A stretch of 64,000 nucleotides of DNA from a virus, in IMG/VR virus record IMGVR_UViG_3300021185_003145, positions 1 to 64,000 of that record; one strand, written 5' to 3'. The first letter of the stretch is position 1, and each line of letters begins with the position of its first letter. Of this stretch, positions 56,527-64,000 are shown one piece after another. The notes under the pieces were generated by a model. That model saw only the letters and a list, made by a program, of their open reading frames with translations. It was not told where the DNA came from and made no database searches. A program made the translations under genes and the position numbers.

Positions 56527-59500
56527 TAACTTGCCTCCCCTATACTAAGCGAGGTAATACTTTGTCCACTTGTTAATGCAATTCTAACTAATACAACATT
56601 TCCTGTTGCGTTTGACATATTCTCACTACCCAATGTCATTGTGTATCCGCCACTTAAACTACTACCAGTTGGTATAACGTCTGCACCTGTACTTGCACCG
56701 CCGTCTACTCCGTTACCGCCGTTGCCTGTATCACTTCCAGGAACACCTGCACCTGCATACTGTGCCGTACCTGGAATCCAACCGTTTAATCCACTTGCAC
56801 TATCAATTCCTGTTCCTGGTGCTGCAAACCAGACACCTGCTATACCAGAACTAGTGATGTTAAGATCAAAATTAGCAACAACTTTTCTACGGAATGCAAA
56901 AGTAAAGTATTGCGTACCAGTATCGCCACTTCTATCAGGCCCTGCTGGTAAGTTAGTACTATGGTCAGTTACATCATATTTTAATGTTCCAAAAATAACA
57001 CTTGCTTCTTTAGTTCCGCTAACTGTAGTTGCTCCTGCTGATGTGTACGGACTATTTGTATAAAAGTTTGTACTACCTGTATATGATGGAGTGTCAGTTG
57101 TATCACTTAAAAAGTCTTTAATTCTTACACCATCATCAGTAAGGTCACCATTACCTAAACTATCAGCAACTGGAATAGAAAACTCACTAATACCACTTGG
57201 TGTTTCACTTACTAATGTTATGACTTTATTTAATTCTGCGTAACTTCCATTACCATTTACATTGGTTGCTCTAAATTGGAGTTTTCTACTTGCAGTTACA
57301 TTTGAACTTGTAAGTGTAATTGTTTGATCGCCTATTGCATATTTGCTACTACTGTTTAATCCTGTGTTTGCAGTTGGAACACTACTTACTAAGTAAGTAC
57401 TTGCTCCTTCAAGATTAGCATATGATTTATACTGTGTTGAAATGATACTATCACTTGTACCACCAACTGATGTACCATTAGCAATAGTAAAAACACTACT
57501 TGTATCTCTATACGTTTGCCCAATCCAGTTGTAAAGTTGAACACCACTTAATGTAAGTGTACTACCTGCACTGTAATAAGGAATACCTGAAATATAATTA
57601 TATGTAACTGATCCTTCTGTAAGTGTTGCTCCACTTAAATCAACTGTTGGTGTACTAGTTACATTATCAATAACAACAGATACATAATTTGTGTTTCCTG
57701 TTGTTGTGTGTTCAAGTCTTTGATCGTTTACACCAGCACTATAACTACCTGTTGCTTGTGTAATCTTTGCATCAAATGTTTGATAAAAACCTGTTGGGTA
57801 TGTTGAACTACTAATTGTATCGTGTGCATCTCTTTGATCTGAAACTATAAGAGCACCTGTTGTACCTGTCTGATTAAGTGCAGTACTAAATGTTCTATTA
57901 CCAGCATCTGCACCGTTTATAGTTGCAGTAAGTGTACCTGCAGTTCCATCATAGACGTTAGTAACATTGTTAGTATCTATTGTTCCACTTGTATACCTTC
58001 TAGCAGTAGTTGTTGTTAGACTTGCTCCTGCACTTAGTGGATTGGTTGCACTATTATCTGTAAAGCCGTGTGCTAGTTTTGGACTTGTTCCTTGATAACT
58101 ATCTTGTAATGTTAAACTTTCTGCACTTAATCCGTTTGGAGCAGACGGTACTGCATTAACTTGAAATACTAAACTATCAGTATCTGTTTGTGCTGAAATA
58201 TCCGGTGTTCCGTTTGCAGTAAAGTTTAATGTTTTGTTTCCTGTGCTTACTCCAGTAAAATCGTGTCCTAATGTTGCACCAATTGATCCAGCACTTGAAC
58301 CGTCTTCAGTTACTGTATCGTTTGAACTGCCATCATTCCAGTTATAAACATAGTCATCTGCGTTTTGTGTTGTGTTAGTAACTGTAACTAATGCATGATT
58401 TACACCGTCATAAGTTACACCATCATATACGTCATATTGATTGTCACCGCTTCTATCACTAACTCTGTTAGCAGTTCCGCTAATGTTTGCTCTTACATCG
58501 GGCTCAACATGTACTGTAAAGTTTGTGCTTATAAACGGACTACCTGTATGGTTACTAGTAACACGCAAGTTACCTGTATAATCTTGTGGTGTTCCACTTG
58601 CTTGATCTGAACCACTTAGTGTATAAGTGTGACTTATTGTTCGCCCTGTATCGCCACTACCGTTGTTTCCTGTGTTTACTGTTTGTGTTGTGCCATCGCC
58701 CCATGTATACACATATTGAATTCCGTATGTACTATAGTTGCCTATTGTATTTTCTGTATTGTTTGTAAACGTAACCGGTAAGCCACTGGTTGCACTTTCG
58801 TTAATTCCTGTTGTGACACTTAATCCTACTGTTGGTGTGTGATCATCATATATTTTTACAACTGCTGAATCGTCAGTCGGTACTGCACTTGGTAACGCAG
58901 TACTATGAGAATCAAGTGTTAATTCAACTGTTCTACTTACTTCTGTTTCTGTGCTTGTAGCAAATGTATGTGCTAATCGTGTTCCTGTTACGCCACCTGC
59001 ATCACTATCTGATGTTACAACATCATCACTTGAACCGTCGCCCCATGCGTATGTATACTGAACAGTTGCTCCAGTTGTATTTGTTGTATTGTTTTGAAAA
59101 TATACTGTAGCACCATCGTCCCAATATGTAATTGGACTTCCGCCACTTGCCGCGGCATAGGCTGCAAAACTAACTACTGGGTCAGCAGTATAGATTGTAA
59201 CATAACTTGTTCTTGCCTTTTGTGATGAACTTCCTGCACCTTCACCGCTGGTGTTACTTGCCGTAACCGTAACTGTAAAAGGGCTTCCGGTGTTAGTTGC
59301 GTAAACGTGACTAGGAGTAGTAGACGAAGTTGTTGTATTAGATGTTCCGTCTCCCCAATCAATTACATATTGATTTGCATTACCATCTGAACTAATATTA
59401 AGAGTAACGTTCATACCAGCACCGCCGGTTAAAGGACTTCCTGTAAAATCTGCGTCTATCACTGCTGTATTATTAATAACGTTACGAGATAATTCATTTA

Positions 59501-59954
59501 AATCGTCAATTGAATTAGTAACTTTAGTTGCAGTAGTCCAACTATTAATTGCACCGTATTGTGTTAAACTTGAATCTGATGGTGTAGATAAATTAATATC
59601 CATTCCAGTAAAGGCTCCAGAGCCTCCGCCACCGCTTGTTGCTAAATTACCTAATGAATCCCAAGTTAAATTACCCGAGCCATCAGTGGTTAAAACATAG
59701 TCTGCACTTCCGCCACCAATAGTAATATTAGTTGCGTCTGTACCTAAGTCTAAGTCACCGGATACACTTCTAATTGCAGATCCGCTAATCGTTACATTGT
59801 CTGCTTGTAATGTTGTTGTGGGGGTTGATGTTCCTATACCTATTCGACTGTTTGCTACGTCGAGGTATAATAAATCTGTTTCAAATGATAAATCTGTGCC
59901 TAATCTCTCAAGATTATTCTTGAGCATAGCACCAGAAATTCTTCCTATTGCCAT
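56526..59954 (-). CDS. Large virion protein with PKD/Ig-like repeats
   Basis: Repeated Y..(D/A/T)WGDG...(A/S)H motifs. Confidence 0.75.
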   Translation of the reverse strand: MAIGRISGAMLKNNLERLGTDLSFETDLLYLDVANSRIGIGTSTPTTTLQADNVTISGSAIRSVSGDLDLGTDATNITIGGGSADYVLTTDGSGNLTWDSLGNLATSGGGGSGAFTGMDINLSTPSDSSLTQYGAINSWTTATKVTNSIDDLNELSRNVINNTAVIDADFTGSPLTGGAGMNVTLNISSDGNANQYVIDWGDGTSNTTTSSTTPSHVYATNTGSPFTVTVTASNTSGEGAGSSSQKARTSYVTIYTADPVVSFAAYAAASGGSPITYWDDGATVYFQNNTTNTTGATVQYTYAWGDGSSDDVVTSDSDAGGVTGTRLAHTFATSTETEVSRTVELTLDSHSTALPSAVPTDDSAVVKIYDDHTPTVGLSVTTGINESATSGLPVTFTNNTENTIGNYSTYGIQYVYTWGDGTTQTVNTGNNGSGDTGRTISHTYTLSGSDQASGTPQDYTGNLRVTSNHTGSPFISTNFTVHVEPDVRANISGTANRVSDRSGDNQYDVYDGVTYDGVNHALVTVTNTTQNADDYVYNWNDGSSNDTVTEDGSSAGSIGATLGHDFTGVSTGNKTLNFTANGTPDISAQTDTDSLVFQVNAVPSAPNGLSAESLTLQDSYQGTSPKLAHGFTDNSATNPLSAGASLTTTTARRYTSGTIDTNNVTNVYDGTAGTLTATINGADAGNRTFSTALNQTGTTGALIVSDQRDAHDTISSSTYPTGFYQTFDAKITQATGSYSAGVNDQRLEHTTTGNTNYVSVVIDNVTSTPTVDLSGATLTEGSVTYNYISGIPYYSAGSTLTLSGVQLYNWIGQTYRDTSSVFTIANGTSVGGTSDSIISTQYKSYANLEGASTYLVSSVPTANTGLNSSSKYAIGDQTITLTSSNVTASRKLQFRATNVNGNGSYAELNKVITLVSETPSGISEFSIPVADSLGNGDLTDDGVRIKDFLSDTTDTPSYTGSTNFYTNSPYTSAGATTVSGTKEASVIFGTLKYDVTDHSTNLPAGPDRSGDTGTQYFTFAFRRKVVANFDLNITSSGIAGVWFAAPGTGIDSASGLNGWIPGTAQYAGAGVPGSDTGNGGNGVDGGASTGADVIPTGSSLSGGYTMTLGSENMSNATGNVVLVRIALTSGQSITSLSIGEAS

Positions 59955-60035
59955 TTTATTCTCTTCCTACACCACTGTTCATTCCCGGGTGTGCCTGGGT
60001 ATAATGTTATTTATACTTAGAAAACAAAAAGAAAT

Positions 60036-60479
60036 TTATATAGCAGTTACACTATCAAAACCTACAATGCCGTAGATTCTATGTCCATTTGGTGGTGGAC
60101 TTGTAAATGTAAGTGTTGTTGTGCCGGAAGTTGTATATGCTTGTCCTGGCTCTTGTACTACGTTTCCAACTACTATAACAACTGCTTGATCACTAATAGG
60201 TGCAGTTGCAAAGAAACTTGTAAATGCAGTTGTAGTTCCATCTCCTGTTACTACTGATGTTTTTGTAATTGCGGCATTTCCTGCGCCGGCTACGTTAGTG
60301 TATTGCGTTCCGTCATAAACTTCTAATACAGTATTATCGGTATTATATCTAATTTCTCCAATTAGAGGATCTGAACTTCTTTCTGCCGATGTACCAACTG
60401 CAAGTTGTGTACCTGCATCCAAAGGTCCTTTAATTAAATTAGATGATGGAATTGAAAACTGCTTTATAAAGTTTGCCAT
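60036..60479 (-). CDS. Small virion structural protein
   Basis: GEIRYNTD..LEVYDG and GDGTTTAF..NVVQEP modules. Confidence 0.7.
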   Translation of the reverse strand: MANFIKQFSIPSSNLIKGPLDAGTQLAVGTSAERSSDPLIGEIRYNTDNTVLEVYDGTQYTNVAGAGNAAITKTSVVTGDGTTTAFTSFFATAPISDQAVVIVVGNVVQEPGQAYTTSGTTTLTFTSPPPNGHRIYGIVGFDSVTAI

Positions 60480-60480
60480 T

Positions 60481-60789
60481 TTATATACCTACATGACTTA
60501 CAGTTGCAGTTACGGCAGTACCTGCACTTGCTTTTGCATGAATACTATCGCCATTTGCTAACACAATCTTTTCTAAGTTTAACATATATGTGTCTTTACC
60601 ATTGATTGATAATTCTGAAATAAGTTGTGTAGTAGCCGATGCCGCTCCTGCATTTGGAACTGCATAAACATCAACTGTTACTGCTGATGCACTTGTATTA
60701 CAAAAGAATATTACAGTTGTTGCAGTGTTTCCGGTACTGGTGTAAATTGCGGCAGTACTTGTTGTTAATTGAGCTTGTGCTAATGCCAT
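60481..60789 (-). CDS. Small beta-rich virion protein
   Basis: A/T-rich 102 aa; AAGG RBS. Confidence 0.7.
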   Translation of the reverse strand: MALAQAQLTTSTAAIYTSTGNTATTVIFFCNTSASAVTVDVYAVPNAGAASATTQLISELSINGKDTYMLNLEKIVLANGDSIHAKASAGTAVTATVSHVGI

Positions 60790-60801
60790 TATTGTTACCT
60801 T

Positions 60802-61599
60802 TTAAAATATTAATCCAAAAGCAATCGCTTTTGATTTCGTTACTAGTTCGTCTGTTGAATCCTGATTGGCAACAAAAATGCCACTTCCGCCATCACCTGG
60901 TGTTTTAGCATATAATCTTGTTTCACCTGCTTGTGCAGTCGGATTTGAACCTTGTTCAGTTAATGTTAGTACTTCAGCAGTTTTTACTTCACCTGTTCCG
61001 GTTGTTGCTAAAATTAAATCTTCATCTGTTGCACTATTACTAATGGTGTTTCCAGATATAGATACGTTTGCATAAGAAAGCGTAGTACTTGTAACTTCCA
61101 TTACTTGTGTTGCATCAAGTTCAAGAAAGAGCCTTATATCAACGCCTGCATCAACAATTTCTAGTTTACTGTCACCTTCATTAATTTTATCAACTACTGC
61201 TCCGCCACCACCTACTTGTGTGTCAACGTAACTCTTTGTTGCTACGTGAGCTGCCGCGGTTGGATCTAATGCCTGTATGTTTATATATGCACTTCCAAGT
61301 TTAGCATCAAATGTATCGTCTGTTTCGTTAAACTGCCACGTTGCATTGTCAGATGTTCCTCTGTCAATTTCAATACCTGCAGTTCCTGATGTAACAACTG
61401 CACCTGATTCTCCACTGTTTAATATAAGTGTGTTATCTGTAACGGCAGTATCTGTTGTCGATACTGTAGTTTGTGTACCAATTACATCTAAATTTCCGTT
61501 AATAGTTACTGTTCCAGAATCAATTAATACTGTTCCAGTTGTGCCATCATTTGTGATTAAATCATAATCACCATTAATTCTTTTAGTCGTTTTTGCCAT
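60802..61599 (-). CDS. Virion fibre-like protein
   Basis: GNLDVIGTQTTV, AGIEIDRG, ATKSYVD. Confidence 0.7.
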   Translation of the reverse strand: MAKTTKRINGDYDLITNDGTTGTVLIDSGTVTINGNLDVIGTQTTVSTTDTAVTDNTLILNSGESGAVVTSGTAGIEIDRGTSDNATWQFNETDDTFDAKLGSAYINIQALDPTAAAHVATKSYVDTQVGGGGAVVDKINEGDSKLEIVDAGVDIRLFLELDATQVMEVTSTTLSYANVSISGNTISNSATDEDLILATTGTGEVKTAEVLTLTEQGSNPTAQAGETRLYAKTPGDGGSGIFVANQDSTDELVTKSKAIAFGLIF

Positions 61600-61665
61600 T
61601 GTAATTCAGTCCTATATGCTATTTAGCATCTTATGACACGTTGTCTATATTACTTATGCTAAAAT

Positions 61666-61690
61666 AAAGTTGCCCCCGAAGAGGCAACTC
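61666..61690 (-). terminator. Intrinsic terminator
   Basis: AGTTGCC..TTCG..GGCAACT followed by TTT. Confidence 0.7.
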
Positions 61691-61708
61691 TAAGTTATCT
61701 ATTATAGA

Positions 61709-62167
61709 TTAAGCGTCTTCTGTAAAGTCGTCATCATCTGTGTTAGCAACGTCATCGTCACCTGCTTCTTCAAGTTTTACTTTACCTGCTGATGCAGCGG
61801 CAAAGTCCCACTTTAATGATAAACCGTCTAATGCATTAGAACCTGTTGCACTTGGTTGTGCGGCTGTTATCTTACGAGCAGTAATTTTACTTACGCCATA
61901 AGTTTCACTGTCGTTACCTGCAACTGAAATTGACATTTCACCTGCCGCTAGTGCAGATGCTAATTTACCAGTTGTTAAAGTACAAGTGTGTGTTGTATCA
62001 GCAGTACCTGTTTCTGCACATACAAATTTCTTTGAACCTTTTTGCTTAATAATTGTACCTTCAACAACAGATGAACCGTTATGAAAGTTTACTTTAATTT
62101 CGTTTTTACCAGCAGTTGCACCTGCAGCCGCAGTTGTAAAAAGTCTTTTATTTAGTGGACGTCCCAT
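61709..62167 (-). CDS. Virion protein, possible capsid decoration
   Basis: Immediately downstream of gp23; AAGGAG RBS; own late promoter. Confidence 0.6.
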   Translation of the reverse strand: MGRPLNKRLFTTAAAGATAGKNEIKVNFHNGSSVVEGTIIKQKGSKKFVCAETGTADTTHTCTLTTGKLASALAAGEMSISVAGNDSETYGVSKITARKITAAQPSATGSNALDGLSLKWDFAAASAGKVKLEEAGDDDVANTDDDDFTEDA

Positions 62168-62254
62168 TTGTTTCTCCTTAGTTACGTTCTATGTAATACG
62201 GGGTTGGTTTCCCCATAAGTAAATGCTTGTGCATTTACAACTATATTTAGTCAC

Positions 62255-62281
62255 AAAAAAGCAGGGCCTAAGCCCTGCTTT
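62255..62281 (-). terminator. Terminator after major capsid gene
   Basis: AAGCAGGGC-TTAG-GCCCTGCTTTTTT. Confidence 0.85.
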
Positions 62282-62302
62282 ATGTTTAACATATCTTAGT
62301 TA

Positions 62303-63526
62303 TTAACTGAATGATAGGTTAGCAACTGAAATGCTACCTAAGTAATCAGCCGCGTTACCAAGAGAGTTTGATGTGTTTGTTAGTGTCTGATAACCATAAC
62401 GTGTCATGAAACCAACTACTGGCTCTAGACTTGCTGGATCAAGCACAACACCTGAACTCATTAGTGGAACGTATGGGCAGTAAAATGCTGCTGCATCTGT
62501 TTCACTTGAACCTTTGTAACCAACTAGTACTGCTGTACTGTCGCCTGCATATGAGTCTACATAGATTCTCATTGAAGAGTTTAATGTACCAACCATCTTT
62601 GTGTTAGTTGGTGCTTCAAAAGTACCTTCTGTAGTTCTAGCAAATGCTGATGTTGATGCACTTTGTAGTACTGTAAGTGCCTGTGGACTTACAACTGCCC
62701 AGTTACCTGCGCCTCTACGTGTTCTTTGTGCAATCTTGTTACCTACACGATTCATTAATACTGCTAATGCGGCATGCTCATCACCTACGTATGTAGCTGT
62801 ACCACTTACTGCAGCCTGATCGTATGCGGCTGTGTTGGCGCCAAATGCGGAACCTGTACCAGCAGCTGCTAATGCTCTTAGACTTACAAGAATCTCTTGG
62901 TCGATTTCAGCAGTAATTTCTTGTGCTAATGCAGCCATAATTTCTGCTTCTACATCGATACCGTGGATGCTTTGTGCGTCTTGAGCTGATTCAAAAGTCC
63001 AACGAGCTGATAACTTACGAGTTTTCGCAGTTACTGTCTCTTTTAGAATTTCGATACTCATTGTGTTACCTGCTTTACCTTCTAAGTTAGCAGTTGCATC
63101 TGGGGCACCACTTGTACCACTATCGATACCTGAGTAACCTGCTGCGATTGCAGCTGGTGATAATGCTTCATCACCTGCACCTAGGTTTCCACCTGTTGAG
63201 TCTTGTAATTGTGTACCAGCATGGTCTGCCGCTGCATTGTACTTAACTCTTAGTGTGTGGATCTGTGAAACAGGTCCTGCCATTGGCTGAACACCAACGA
63301 TTTCGTTAGCAATAACAGTTGGCATTACACGTCTGATTACAGGTAAAATTACCTTGTTTAGTACACCAATGTCGCCGGCTGCAGTTGCACCTGCTGTTGC
63401 TGCTTCACTGATATATCTTTTGGTGTTTTCAAGAACAACACCCATATTCTTTCGCTTAGAACCTGCGAGGCCTTCTAAAAGGGCATCTTTTGTTTCGTCC
63501 CAGCGACTTTCGATTAAGTTAGACAT
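62303..63526 (-). CDS. gp23: Major capsid protein (gp23)
   Basis: IVGVQPMAGP, AKTRKLSARWT.E.AQD...HG, EITAEIDQE, FYCPYVPL, GFMTRYG. Confidence 0.97.
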   Translation of the reverse strand: MSNLIESRWDETKDALLEGLAGSKRKNMGVVLENTKRYISEAATAGATAAGDIGVLNKVILPVIRRVMPTVIANEIVGVQPMAGPVSQIHTLRVKYNAAADHAGTQLQDSTGGNLGAGDEALSPAAIAAGYSGIDSGTSGAPDATANLEGKAGNTMSIEILKETVTAKTRKLSARWTFESAQDAQSIHGIDVEAEIMAALAQEITAEIDQEILVSLRALAAAGTGSAFGANTAAYDQAAVSGTATYVGDEHAALAVLMNRVGNKIAQRTRRGAGNWAVVSPQALTVLQSASTSAFARTTEGTFEAPTNTKMVGTLNSSMRIYVDSYAGDSTAVLVGYKGSSETDAAAFYCPYVPLMSSGVVLDPASLEPVVGFMTRYGYQTLTNTSNSLGNAADYLGSISVANLSFS

Positions 63527-63552
63527 TTTTATCGTCTCCTAGTTAAAATGTA

Positions 63553-63999
63553 TTATAAACCTGCTAAACGCTTGATTTCGATGATTTTGCCCTCATCTGA
63601 ATCCTGCTTGGTTTCTTTTTTATTACCAGTTACTTCTTTAGTTTCTGCTAAAACTTTATTAGTTGTTTTAGTGTCATTCTTAAGAACTGCTGGCAAATAC
63701 TTGTTAAATGATGCATCTAAGCGATCAGTTGTAATTGACTCAAGTAATGAACCCATTACTTCTTTTTGATCTTTATTTAAAGGTGCCATCATCTTTGATA
63801 ACATTGAATCGCGGGCAATACGATCTTTAATTCTACGAATTTCGGCTTCTTTACTTTCAACTAGTACTGATTTCTCATCAATAGTTTTTGTAGATTCTGC
63901 CAACTTTGCATTTACTTCTTCAACTTGCTTTTGTAAGTCTTTGATATCTGCGTTTTCATTTAGATGTGAAGTTGCAAACTCTGCCGCAAAAGTTTCAAA
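63553..63999 (-). CDS. gp22: Prohead core scaffold protein (gp22-like), 3' part
   Basis: Frame open to window end (FETFAAEF...); coiled coil; directly upstream of gp23. Confidence 0.8.
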   Translation of the reverse strand, partial: FETFAAEFATSHLNENADIKDLQKQVEEVNAKLAESTKTIDEKSVLVESKEAEIRRIKDRIARDSMLSKMMAPLNKDQKEVMGSLLESITTDRLDASFNKYLPAVLKNDTKTTNKVLAETKEVTGNKKETKQDSDEGKIIEIKRLAGL

Positions 64000-64000
64000 T

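Larger units (their letters stand above)
2452..62249. promoter_or_regulatory. Recurrent T4-type late promoter core TAAATA in intergenic gaps
   Basis: Minus strand at ~2452, 4582, 6402, 6790, 10364, 14393, 29970, 32583, 32979, 34591, 37043, 40421, 43688, 45509, 51683, 55183, 60008, 61620, 62244; plus strand at ~10385, 43756, 46817. Confidence 0.75.

Noticed and set aside
1-64000. Alternative genetic code, tRNA genes, introns or inteins
   Set aside because: Core genes are uninterrupted in the standard code, with TAA, TAG and TGA all acting as stops; no cloverleaf or intein motifs were seen by eye (tRNAscan and intein HMMs not run)

Overview
This is a 64 kb AT-rich segment of a large T4-like (myovirus) phage genome, probably aquatic. 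Genes are almost all on the minus strand and use the standard genetic code. From left to right: the 5' end of nrdA; a late block of predicted head-packaged proteins (Zeta/Pnk-like kinase, ligase-like protein, Pol-beta-type nucleotidyltransferase); a lipase; replication genes (gp41, gp61, a miniature DnaE, gp62, UvsW) with ferredoxin and ClpP; an early cassette region with repeated promoter/leader modules and an HD hydrolase; sugar-modification genes; uvsY-uvsX-gp32; and a morphogenesis region (gp17, gp4, gp19, gp18, gp1, gp13-15, fibres, gp23, gp22). No tRNA, CRISPR array or integrase was seen. The strongest leads are: (1) a helical 'LAG(L/V)' peptide shared by the scaffold C-terminus and several unrelated proteins, which together with T4-CTS-like N-termini suggests a capsid cargo-loading system; (2) a kinase/ligase/nucleotidyltransferase set among that putative cargo; (3) several candidate structured RNAs, including an H-type pseudoknot leader; (4) a 12-codon ORF with a strong RBS overlapping a reading frame that lacks a good start; (5) a 192-aa DnaE core. 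All calls come from reading motifs by eye; no database searches were run.
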